A stretch of 12,763 bases of DNA, from positions 1 to 12,763 of the forward strand of contig JBGATO010000079.1 of NCBI GenBank assembly GCA_044229145.1. Reading direction: 5' to 3'. Position numbers and translations under genes: made by a program. This document shows positions 1 to 6,118 of the stretch, in pieces. The notes beneath the pieces are model-generated. The model did not search any database and was not told where the DNA came from. It was given only the letters and a program-made list of their open reading frames with translations. This DNA is from Candidatus Eiseniibacteriota bacterium. GTDB taxonomy: Bacteria; Eisenbacteria; RBG-16-71-46; CAZEPH01. How positions within the stretch are numbered: the stretch's first letter is position 1; each line of letters opens with the position of its first letter.

Positions 1-1107
1 ATCTTCGGCATCCGGCAGATCTCGCGCTCCATCGCGCTGCTGGCGGAGACCTGGCTGCTCAAGGGCTTCGCGCCGACGCAGATCGTGCCGGCGCCCCGCA
101 AGGGCTCGCTGCGCATCCGCGTCGAGGCGCTGCAGTGGCTCGACCCGACGATGGTGTTCTTCAACCTCGACGGGCAGATGTGGTATCGCCGCGTGCCGGG
201 ATCGTTCGTGAACGCCCGCAACCTGACGGCGGAGCGGCCGGGGCAGTTCTTCGCGCCGGCGTATCGCGGGACGCCGATGAACCCGCAGGGCATCGGTCTC
301 GGCGAAGACTTGCTGCGGCCGTTCTGGCTGACCATCGAGGGCGGGGTGCGCGCCTGGGCGGCGGGCTGCGAGCGGCTCGGCATCCCGATCCGCGACGTGT
401 CAGTGCCGCCGGAGATTGCCAACGACAAGGCGAAGTATGCGGCGGTGAAGAAAGACGCGGTCTCCCTCAACCGCGACGCGGTGTTCGTGCACGACGAGCG
501 GGTCAAGCTCACGCTCGCCAACGCGAACACCGTCGGCATGGCGGACACGTTCGACAAGTTCGTGCGCTACTGCGACGAGGTGAAGAGCAAGATCTGCCTC
601 GGCGAGACGCTGACCACCGACACGGCGGTGCGCGGCTCAAGCGAGATCGCCGGCGGCCACCGCGAGGCGCGGCAGGAGCTGCGCGACGCGGACGCCGCGG
701 CGCTGGCCGAGTGGTTGACCGAGCACCTGGTGGCGTTTATCGAGCGCGTGAACGAAGGCGTGGACGACCCGGCCGACTTTTCGCAGCTCGTGATCGGCGA
801 CGAGGTGACGGCGCCGCGGGGCGCGGACCTTACCGCGCTGCTTGGTGCCTACCGCGACGCGCGTCTCGCTGGGGCGCCGGTGACGGCGGAGGCGTACTAC
901 CGCCTCGGCGTCGAGGCGCCGCAACCGGGCGAGGCAGTTCTGCCGCCGCCCTCCGCGCCGCTGCCGGCGGGCGACCCGCTGCAGTTCGCCGCGGCCGGGG
1001 TGCCCGCGCATCGCCGCGCACTGGAGGACGCGGCGGTGCGGCCGTTGGTGCCCGCGTATCGCGCGCTGCTCGAGGACATCACGGGGGAGCTTCGGGGAAA
1101 AGCGTAA
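1..1107 (+). CDS. Phage portal protein, Mu gp29/DUF935-like (5' partial)
   Basis: Frame 1 is open from base 1 (IFGIRQISRS...) to TAA 1105-1107. Motifs GLGEDLLRPFWL, CERLGIP, FVRYCDEVKSKICLGETLTT and GSSEIAGGHREARQELRDADA match the DUF935 pattern (E.FG.P ... SK..LGQTLTT ... GS.A.G.VH..VR.....AD). Lies upstream of gpF, protease and capsid genes. Confidence 0.88.
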   Translation: MFGIRQISRSIALLAETWLLKGFAPTQIVPAPRKGSLRIRVEALQWLDPTMVFFNLDGQMWYRRVPGSFVNARNLTAERPGQFFAPAYRGTPMNPQGIGLGEDLLRPFWLTIEGGVRAWAAGCERLGIPIRDVSVPPEIANDKAKYAAVKKDAVSLNRDAVFVHDERVKLTLANANTVGMADTFDKFVRYCDEVKSKICLGETLTTDTAVRGSSEIAGGHREARQELRDADAAALAEWLTEHLVAFIERVNEGVDDPADFSQLVIGDEVTAPRGADLTALLGAYRDARLAGAPVTAEAYYRLGVEAPQPGEAVLPPPSAPLPAGDPLQFAAAGVPAHRRALEDAAVRPLVPAYRALLEDITGELRGKA

Positions 1108-1126
1108 GGGAGGCGCGCCTGCGCCT
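1095..1126 (+). promoter_or_regulatory. Putative -1 ribosomal frameshift signal: G_GGA_AAA heptamer plus downstream hairpin
   Basis: X_XXY_YYZ heptamer at 1095-1101 in the portal frame, one codon before the stop. SD-like GGAG at 1086-1089. Hairpin AGGCGC-gcct-GCGCCT at 1111-1126. The -1 frame is the gpF frame. Confidence 0.45.
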
Positions 1127-2009
1127 GGAGCACCGGCAGCAGGACGCGGCCTCCCTAGCCCCGCACATCGAGGCGCTCGCGCCGCCGCTCGCGGCGCTGG
1201 TGCTGTACTCCGATCTCATGGCGCGCGCCGATGCGACGCAGCGCGTCCCGGCGCGGACGCGCTTCGAGACGGCGCGCGTGCTGCCGCTGGAGTCAGGCCC
1301 CTGGCGCACGCCGGGCATCCTGCGGCGCGTGGCTCGATTCCTGTCGCGGCGCGGCCTGATGGACGCCGCGCAGTTCGCGCAGCTCGAGGCGGAGGCGAAG
1401 GCCATCGCGTTCACGATTGCCGGCGACATCCCGCGCCAGGCGCTGACCATCGCGCGGGACTCGCTCGACGAGAGCCTGGCCATCGGCCTCGACACGGAGC
1501 GCGCCGGCGAGGTCATGAACCGCGCTCTCGCGGCGCGCGGCTTCGATGCCTTGCAGCCGTGGCACGCGCGCCTCGTCGCCCACATGGCCCACGCGAACGC
1601 CTACGGCTTCGCGCAGCGCCAGCTGCTGACCGACGCGCGCACGGCGCGCATCCTGCCCCTCGCGCGGTACCGCCACGCCGACGGCGTGCGCTTCCCCCGC
1701 GAGACGCACCTAGCGATGGACGGGTTCGTGTTCGATCCGCGCGGCCCCTACGCCGAGCGACTGCGCACACCCGGCGGCTTCGGGTGCCACTGCTGGTGGG
1801 AGGGCGTGCCGGCCAGCGAGGCGCAGGACCTAACGCCGGACGACTGGCCGCACGAGAACGGCGTGCCGGTGCAGGTGCTGGACGACAGTTTCGCCCCGGC
1901 GGACATGCCGCGTGGCATCGACTCGCGCGAGGCGGCGCTCCGCCTCAAGCTGACGCCGCGGATGCTTGATGCGATCCCGGCGGAGTGGAAGGTCATCAGC
2001 GTCGAGTAG
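1101..2009 (+). CDS. Phage head morphogenesis protein, Mu gpF/gp30 (SPP1 gp7-like); start uncertain (frameshift fusion at 1101, CTG 1119, or ATG 1218)
   Basis: Frame 3. EAKAIAFTIAG, NAYGFAQ, RETHLAMDGFVF and TPGGFGCHCW correspond to the Phage_Mu_F motifs AFTVAG ... R..H..LDG ... PPNGFNCRC. Directly follows the portal. The first ATG (1218) has no SD. Confidence 0.82.
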   Translation, partial: SVREARLRLEHRQQDAASLAPHIEALAPPLAALVLYSDLMARADATQRVPARTRFETARVLPLESGPWRTPGILRRVARFLSRRGLMDAAQFAQLEAEAKAIAFTIAGDIPRQALTIARDSLDESLAIGLDTERAGEVMNRALAARGFDALQPWHARLVAHMAHANAYGFAQRQLLTDARTARILPLARYRHADGVRFPRETHLAMDGFVFDPRGPYAERLRTPGGFGCHCWWEGVPASEAQDLTPDDWPHENGVPVQVLDDSFAPADMPRGIDSREAALRLKLTPRMLDAIPAEWKVISVE

Positions 2010-2022
2010 GACTGGAGGGACG

Positions 2023-2283
2023 ATGGCAGAGGGTGTCGAAGTGGTGATCCAGGTGACGCATCGGCCCGGCGACGCGCCAGGGCTGGCCGTCGCGGCGGCG
2101 TACATGCACGGCGACGAGCGGTCGCCCGTGGAGGACCCGCGCGTCACGGTGCGCGCGCTGCTCATGGCGCTGTCGCGACTGTGCGACGTGGGTGGCGTCT
2201 CGATGGTCAAGCCCCCGACCGTGGTGCGCGGCACGACGGCGGACATCGTGCGCGCGTCGCGGTTGAATGGGCACGGCCGCTGA
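2023..2283 (+). CDS. Hypothetical protein, 86 aa (MAEGVEVVIQ...)
   Basis: GGAGG at 2014-2018 precedes ATG 2023; GC3-rich codons; stop overlaps the next start (TGATG 2281-2285). Confidence 0.65.
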   Translation: MAEGVEVVIQVTHRPGDAPGLAVAAAYMHGDERSPVEDPRVTVRALLMALSRLCDVGGVSMVKPPTVVRGTTADIVRASRLNGHGR

Positions 2284-2474
2284 TGCGGAGCCGCTACACG
2301 CCCGCCACGGTGCTGACGATTCTCGCGGTGCTCGAGGCGGGGGAGGGCGTGGCGAGCGCGGCGCGCTCGGCGGGCGTGTCCCGGCGCGTGATCTACCGCT
2401 GGTGCGCGGTGCGGCCGCGGTTCCGGCAGCGGGTCCGTGAGGCGCAAGCCAAGGGGATGACCGCCGCGCCGTAA
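2283..2474 (+). CDS. Small helix-turn-helix DNA-binding protein, 63 aa
   Basis: MRSRYTPATVLTILAVLEAGEGVASAARSAGVSRRVIYRW is a classic HTH (AA...GVSR..IYRW), followed by PRFRQRVREA. ATG is coupled to the upstream TGA. Confidence 0.75.
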   Translation: MRSRYTPATVLTILAVLEAGEGVASAARSAGVSRRVIYRWCAVRPRFRQRVREAQAKGMTAAP

Positions 2475-2477
2475 CGC

Positions 2478-3899
2478 ATGTGCACAGGTGAGAACACTAC
2501 CGTCACGCCCCGGCCGGATTCGTCCGACCGGGGCTTGCGCTTGCCCCACGATGCCGGCATGCGCATGCCCCCGCTGGACGCGGACGCCTTCGTCCGCCCC
2601 GAGGAACTCGCCCCCGGCGAAGTCGAGGTGTTCCGTCTTGGCACGCACGCGAAGTACCCAACGGTGACCTTCACGCGCGCCATGGCGGAGCAGTGGATCG
2701 CCAATAACGCACGGTGCGGCATGCCGCCGCTTGTGCTCGGCGGCCACGACGAAGACGCCCACGTGAAGGCGCTGCCCGTGGAAAGCCTGCGCCTGGTCCG
2801 CCACTCCCTTGTCGCCAAGCGTGGCAAGCAGCCGCGGTTTGTCGAGGACGTCACGCGCGCCGGCCTGGTGCCGGAGATTTCGATCCAACTCACCGAGGAC
2901 GGGTCGCGCCTCGATCACATTGCGCTGCTGTACGGCGAACGCGCCGCGGTGCAAGGCATGGCCCCGCCGCAGCGCACGTTCAGTGCCACCCGCCCGCCGA
3001 GCACGCGCCACGTGGCGTTCCGCTTCGACGACGGCGGCATCGCGGAAGGATGGGACTGCATGACGGACGCGCCCGAGGCGGTCGTCGTCGTGCCGCCGAC
3101 ACCGCCCACGCCGGACGTGGCGGGCGAGCTCGCGGCCGAGGACCACCAGTCGTTTGTCGACCGGCTTTTCGCCAAGGCGAGCGAAATCGCCTGCCGCTTC
3201 CGCGGCAATCCCGCCGTGCCTCCGGCGGACCAGATGGCCCAGGCCGCCGCCGCGTACTCGCAGGCGGCCGCGCTGGTGCAGAGCAGTACCCCGGCCGGCG
3301 GGCAGTCCGGCGACCCCAGCGGCGGGGACGCCGCCTTTTCGGACGGAGACGACAGCATGAAGCCGGAAGAGATGCTCCAGCAGCTCGGCTCGCTGATCGA
3401 CAGCCGCTTGCAGCCGATCCGCGACGAGATCGCGGCCGTGAAGGCGGAGCAGACGTCGTTCAGCGCAGCGCGCACGGAGGAGACGGACAAGCAGCGCCAG
3501 GCGGACGAGAAGGCCGCGCAGGCGCGCGCCTTCAAGTTTGCCGAGAGCGTGCTCGCGGCGGGCCTTGTCGGAGGTGCCGTCGAGGCGGAGGCCGTGAGCG
3601 CGATTCACCGCGCGCTGCAAGGCGTGCCGCTGCAGTTCGGGAGCGGCGACACCGCCAAGCAGTACGACGGCGCCGACGTGTTCGAGGCGCTCCTCGCGGA
3701 GCGCGACCCCAAGCTCCAGTTCGGCGCGGTTCGCTTGGCGGGCGCGCACACGACCGGCACCGCGCACGAGCAGCCGTTGTCGCTGACCGAGCGCGTCGCG
3801 GGCATCCAGGCGTTGCAGGCGCAGCAAGCGCGTCTGGGCTCGCCCATCACCACCGCCGAAGCGTCGCGCCGGTTCAGTGCCGGCGAGCGCGCGGCCTAA
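2478..3899 (+). CDS. Mu I-type prohead protease with C-terminal scaffold region (true start may be ATG 2559 or 2565)
   Basis: EVEVFRLGTH, PPLVLGGHD and PEISIQL...LDHIALLYGERAAVQGM match the Mu-like protease pattern (IEIFRAGTH ... P.VIGH ... S.E ... L.HVALLGA.PPAVKGL). Ala/Gln/Glu-rich helical C-terminal half. Located between gpF and the capsid genes. Confidence 0.8.
   Translation: MCTGENTTVTPRPDSSDRGLRLPHDAGMRMPPLDADAFVRPEELAPGEVEVFRLGTHAKYPTVTFTRAMAEQWIANNARCGMPPLVLGGHDEDAHVKALPVESLRLVRHSLVAKRGKQPRFVEDVTRAGLVPEISIQLTEDGSRLDHIALLYGERAAVQGMAPPQRTFSATRPPSTRHVAFRFDDGGIAEGWDCMTDAPEAVVVVPPTPPTPDVAGELAAEDHQSFVDRLFAKASEIACRFRGNPAVPPADQMAQAAAAYSQAAALVQSSTPAGGQSGDPSGGDAAFSDGDDSMKPEEMLQQLGSLIDSRLQPIRDEIAAVKAEQTSFSAARTEETDKQRQADEKAAQARAFKFAESVLAAGLVGGAVEAEAVSAIHRALQGVPLQFGSGDTAKQYDGADVFEALLAERDPKLQFGAVRLAGAHTTGTAHEQPLSLTERVAGIQALQAQQARLGSPITTAEASRRFSAGERAA
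3357..3899 (+). CDS. Putative nested in-frame scaffolding protein (Mu gpZ-like), 180 aa
   Basis: GGAG at 3345-3348 lies 8 nt before the in-frame ATG 3357 (MKPEEMLQQLGSLIDSRL...), right after a low-complexity linker. Analogous to Mu I/Z. Confidence 0.5.
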   Translation: MKPEEMLQQLGSLIDSRLQPIRDEIAAVKAEQTSFSAARTEETDKQRQADEKAAQARAFKFAESVLAAGLVGGAVEAEAVSAIHRALQGVPLQFGSGDTAKQYDGADVFEALLAERDPKLQFGAVRLAGAHTTGTAHEQPLSLTERVAGIQALQAQQARLGSPITTAEASRRFSAGERAA

Positions 3900-3903
3900 C
3901 CCA

Positions 3904-3911
3904 GAAAGGGG
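3904..3911 (+). promoter_or_regulatory. Ribosome-binding site GAAAGGGG
   Basis: Purine-rich SD 6 nt before ATG 3918; the same GAAAGG core occurs at 4359-4365 before the capsid gene. Confidence 0.6.
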
Positions 3912-3917
3912 CCGCAC

Positions 3918-4343
3918 ATGGCGACCGATCCGTTCTGCTACACCAAGTCCTACTCCGCGGACGCGACGCTGGGCAAGTACACCGCTGTCAAGAAGGGCTC
4001 GACGGCGAACAGCATCGCCGCCGCCACCGCCGCCACCGACAAGGCGCTCGGTGTCCTCGGCAGTCTGGGCGCGACGAGCGGCCAGCAGGCCAACGTCGTC
4101 GTGTTCGGTCCGTGCAAGGTGCTGCTCGGCGGCAGTGTCGTCGCCGGCGACGTGATCGTGGCGACCACGGCGGGCGCGTTGATCGCGGCCACGCGGCACA
4201 CGCACACGGAAAACACGGCGGGCAGCTACACCCAGAACGCGACCACCGGCGCCGCGGCGCAGGACAACACCCTCGGCGTCATGCTCGAGGATGGGGTGTC
4301 CGGCGACTACGCGCTGGCGTTCATCACGCGCGGCACGGCGTAA
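3918..4343 (+). CDS. Capsid cement/decoration protein, DUF2190-like
   Basis: 141 aa, Ala/Thr/Gly-rich, with ALGV...GQQANVVVFGPCKVLLGGSVVAGDVIVATTAGALI...LGVMLEDGVSGDY. Lies between scaffold and major capsid genes; strong RBS. Confidence 0.78.
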   Translation: MATDPFCYTKSYSADATLGKYTAVKKGSTANSIAAATAATDKALGVLGSLGATSGQQANVVVFGPCKVLLGGSVVAGDVIVATTAGALIAATRHTHTENTAGSYTQNATTGAAAQDNTLGVMLEDGVSGDYALAFITRGTA

Positions 4344-4370
4344 CCCGCGCCTCCCACGGAAAGGATCGAG

Positions 4371-5384
4371 ATGCTCGAACTCAAGTCGTTCACCTCGCCG
4401 ACCACGGGACGCGACATCATGCCGGAGCGCATGAGTTTCGCGTCCACGGGCGACGCGCCGTTCCCGGTGACCCCGGAGCGGCAGGCGCAGTCGATCGCGT
4501 ACAAGAACGCCGGCTACATCGCGGACCTCGTGTCCAAGCGGGTGCCGGTGGGCACGCAGTCGGGTGCGTACACGATTTACACCAAGTCCGAAGGCTTCAC
4601 CGTCCCGAACACCAAGGTCGCGCGTGGCAGCAAGGTGCGCGCGGTCGAGATGACGGGCACCGAGGGTACGTATCGCTGCGACGGCTACGGGCTGAAGATG
4701 TTCATCCCAAACGAGGACATCCAGCACCAGCAGCCGGGGCAGGACGTCGTCGGCGAGGGCATGGACTTCCTCACGGACCTCTTGCTGCTTGACCGCGAAG
4801 TGCGGTTGGCGGCGCTCCTGTTCGCCAGCGGCACCTTCGCGTCGGCGAACAAGGCGACGCTCTCGGGCACCGACCAGTTCTCACACGCGAGCTGCCCGGC
4901 GACCTCGCTGTTCACCACCGGCCTCGACGCCATCGTCGGCGGCAAGGTGAACGCCTGCGTGATGGGGCGCGCCTCATGGTCGAAGCTGCGCTCGTGCCCG
5001 GACTTGGTGAAGGCCATGACGGGCAACAACGGCGGCGCCGGCATCATCTCGAAGGAGTGGTTCATGAGCTACTTCGAGCTCGACGAATTCTACGTCGGCG
5101 ATGCCTGGAGCAACTCGGCGGTGGAAGGCCAGACGGCAAGCTACGGCCGCGTGTGGGGCGACTACTGCCTGCTGTACGTCAGCAACCCGAACCCGTCGAT
5201 GATGCGCCGCTCGCCGCTGCTCACGATGTCCCCGCAGTGGGGGCAGCGTGTCGCGTACCAGCGGACCATCGCGCCGGGTGACGGCGGCATCCTGGGTGGT
5301 GTGGAGCTCGTCGTCGGGGAGTACATCGACGAGATCACGCCGGCCGCGGACGCCGGGTACCTGATGATCGACTGCGTGGCCTAG
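4371..5384 (+). CDS. Major capsid protein
   Basis: 337 aa. FPVTPERQAQSIAYKNAGYIADLVSKRVPV, LTDLLLLDREVRLA, VWGDYCLLYV and C-terminal ADAGYLMIDCVA are typical of lambda-E-related capsids of Mu-like phages. RBS GAAAGGA at 4359-4365. Canonical position. Confidence 0.9.
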   Translation: MLELKSFTSPTTGRDIMPERMSFASTGDAPFPVTPERQAQSIAYKNAGYIADLVSKRVPVGTQSGAYTIYTKSEGFTVPNTKVARGSKVRAVEMTGTEGTYRCDGYGLKMFIPNEDIQHQQPGQDVVGEGMDFLTDLLLLDREVRLAALLFASGTFASANKATLSGTDQFSHASCPATSLFTTGLDAIVGGKVNACVMGRASWSKLRSCPDLVKAMTGNNGGAGIISKEWFMSYFELDEFYVGDAWSNSAVEGQTASYGRVWGDYCLLYVSNPNPSMMRRSPLLTMSPQWGQRVAYQRTIAPGDGGILGGVELVVGEYIDEITPAADAGYLMIDCVA

Positions 5385-5394
5385 GTCACGCTTG

Positions 5395-5428
5395 GCGGCT
5401 CGCGGCACCTCCGGGTGTCGCGGGCCGT
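5395..5428 (+). terminator. Strong stem-loop after the capsid gene (terminator or mRNA 3' stabiliser)
   Basis: Arms CGGCTCGCGGCACC (5396-5409) and GGTGTCGCGGGCCG (5414-5427) pair over 14 bp with two G-U pairs, closed by a c(UCCG)g UNCG tetraloop. No clear U-tract follows. Confidence 0.6.
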
Positions 5429-5447
5429 GCGTCTTGCTGGAGGCTGC

Positions 5448-5645
5448 ATGTCCACTTTCCGCACCGCCTGGCCGCTGTGGCACAACGGCACGCACTACCC
5501 CGAGGGCGCGGACGTGACCGGCGTGGTGTCGCCGGACGCCCTCGACGCCCTTCTGGCGACCGGCACCGTCGTCGAGATTCCCGACGCGACCCCGCTCGTC
5601 GAGGACGCCCCCGCGAAGCCCACTCCGAAGAAGGGGAAGGCGTGA
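5448..5645 (+). CDS. Small conserved-type phage protein downstream of capsid, 65 aa
   Basis: GGAGG at 5439-5443 precedes ATG 5448. PLWHNGTHYPEGADV...LLATGTV with a Pro/Lys tail is the pattern of small post-capsid ORFs (H.G..Y..G). Confidence 0.75.
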   Translation: MSTFRTAWPLWHNGTHYPEGADVTGVVSPDALDALLATGTVVEIPDATPLVEDAPAKPTPKKGKA

Positions 5646-6118
5646 TGCAGTACGGCGACTGGAAAGACCTCTTCAGCGCGCAGGCGTTCTCGGGCGCGGC
5701 CACCAAGACCAGCGGCGGGCTCTACGTCGTCGGCGCGGAGGCGGTGGAGTTCGAGTTCACCGGCTCCGGCGCGGGCACGGTGACGCCCGTGGTGCTCTAC
5801 GACCCCTCGCTCGATGGCTCCGCGCTCGCGTCCGCCACGAATGTGCAGGCGTCGTGCCCGGACTTGGCGACGCAGGGCGAGACGGCGACGTACTCGTTCG
5901 CCGACGTGACGGGCAAGACGCTCACCACCACCGCGCCGCTGCTGGGCCGCGTGCTGTTCGTGAACATGGCCGGTGGCGTCGCGCGGCAGGGGCTGTGCCC
6001 GTTCCACCGGATCTACCTGCAGCTCGTGAGCTCGGCGTCGTGCACCGTCTCGGTGCGCGCGCGCGCGTTGTTCTCTGGCCCCACGGCGGCCCCGGCGGTC
6101 GCAGGGAGTGTCGTCTAA
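5645..6118 (+). CDS. Hypothetical beta-rich protein, 157 aa, possibly a virion accessory/decoration protein
   Basis: ATG 5645 overlaps the upstream TGA; TAA overlaps the next ATG. Ser/Thr/Gly/Val-rich with alternating strand patterns; coding-like GC3. Confidence 0.7.
   Translation: MQYGDWKDLFSAQAFSGAATKTSGGLYVVGAEAVEFEFTGSGAGTVTPVVLYDPSLDGSALASATNVQASCPDLATQGETATYSFADVTGKTLTTTAPLLGRVLFVNMAGGVARQGLCPFHRIYLQLVSSASCTVSVRARALFSGPTAAPAVAGSVV

Noticed and set aside
135..1100. N-terminal 320 aa of the 624-aa ORF 135..2009
   Set aside because: Off-frame Arg-rich shadow of the portal gene; only the part from about 1101 looks like real protein.
1830..4727. 965-aa minus-strand ORF
   Set aside because: Antisense shadow of well-supported + strand genes; Arg/His/Gly-rich translation with no motifs. 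Long stop-free shadows are expected at this GC content.
2714..4792. 692-aa + strand ORF overlapping protease, cement and capsid genes
   Set aside because: Alternative-frame shadow with Arg/Gly/Pro-rich low-information translation.
5854..6117. Upstream extension of the glycosidase ORF (515-aa call)
   Set aside because: Overlaps the 5645-6118 gene out of frame; ATG 6118 gives a coupled start and places the signal peptide at the N-terminus.
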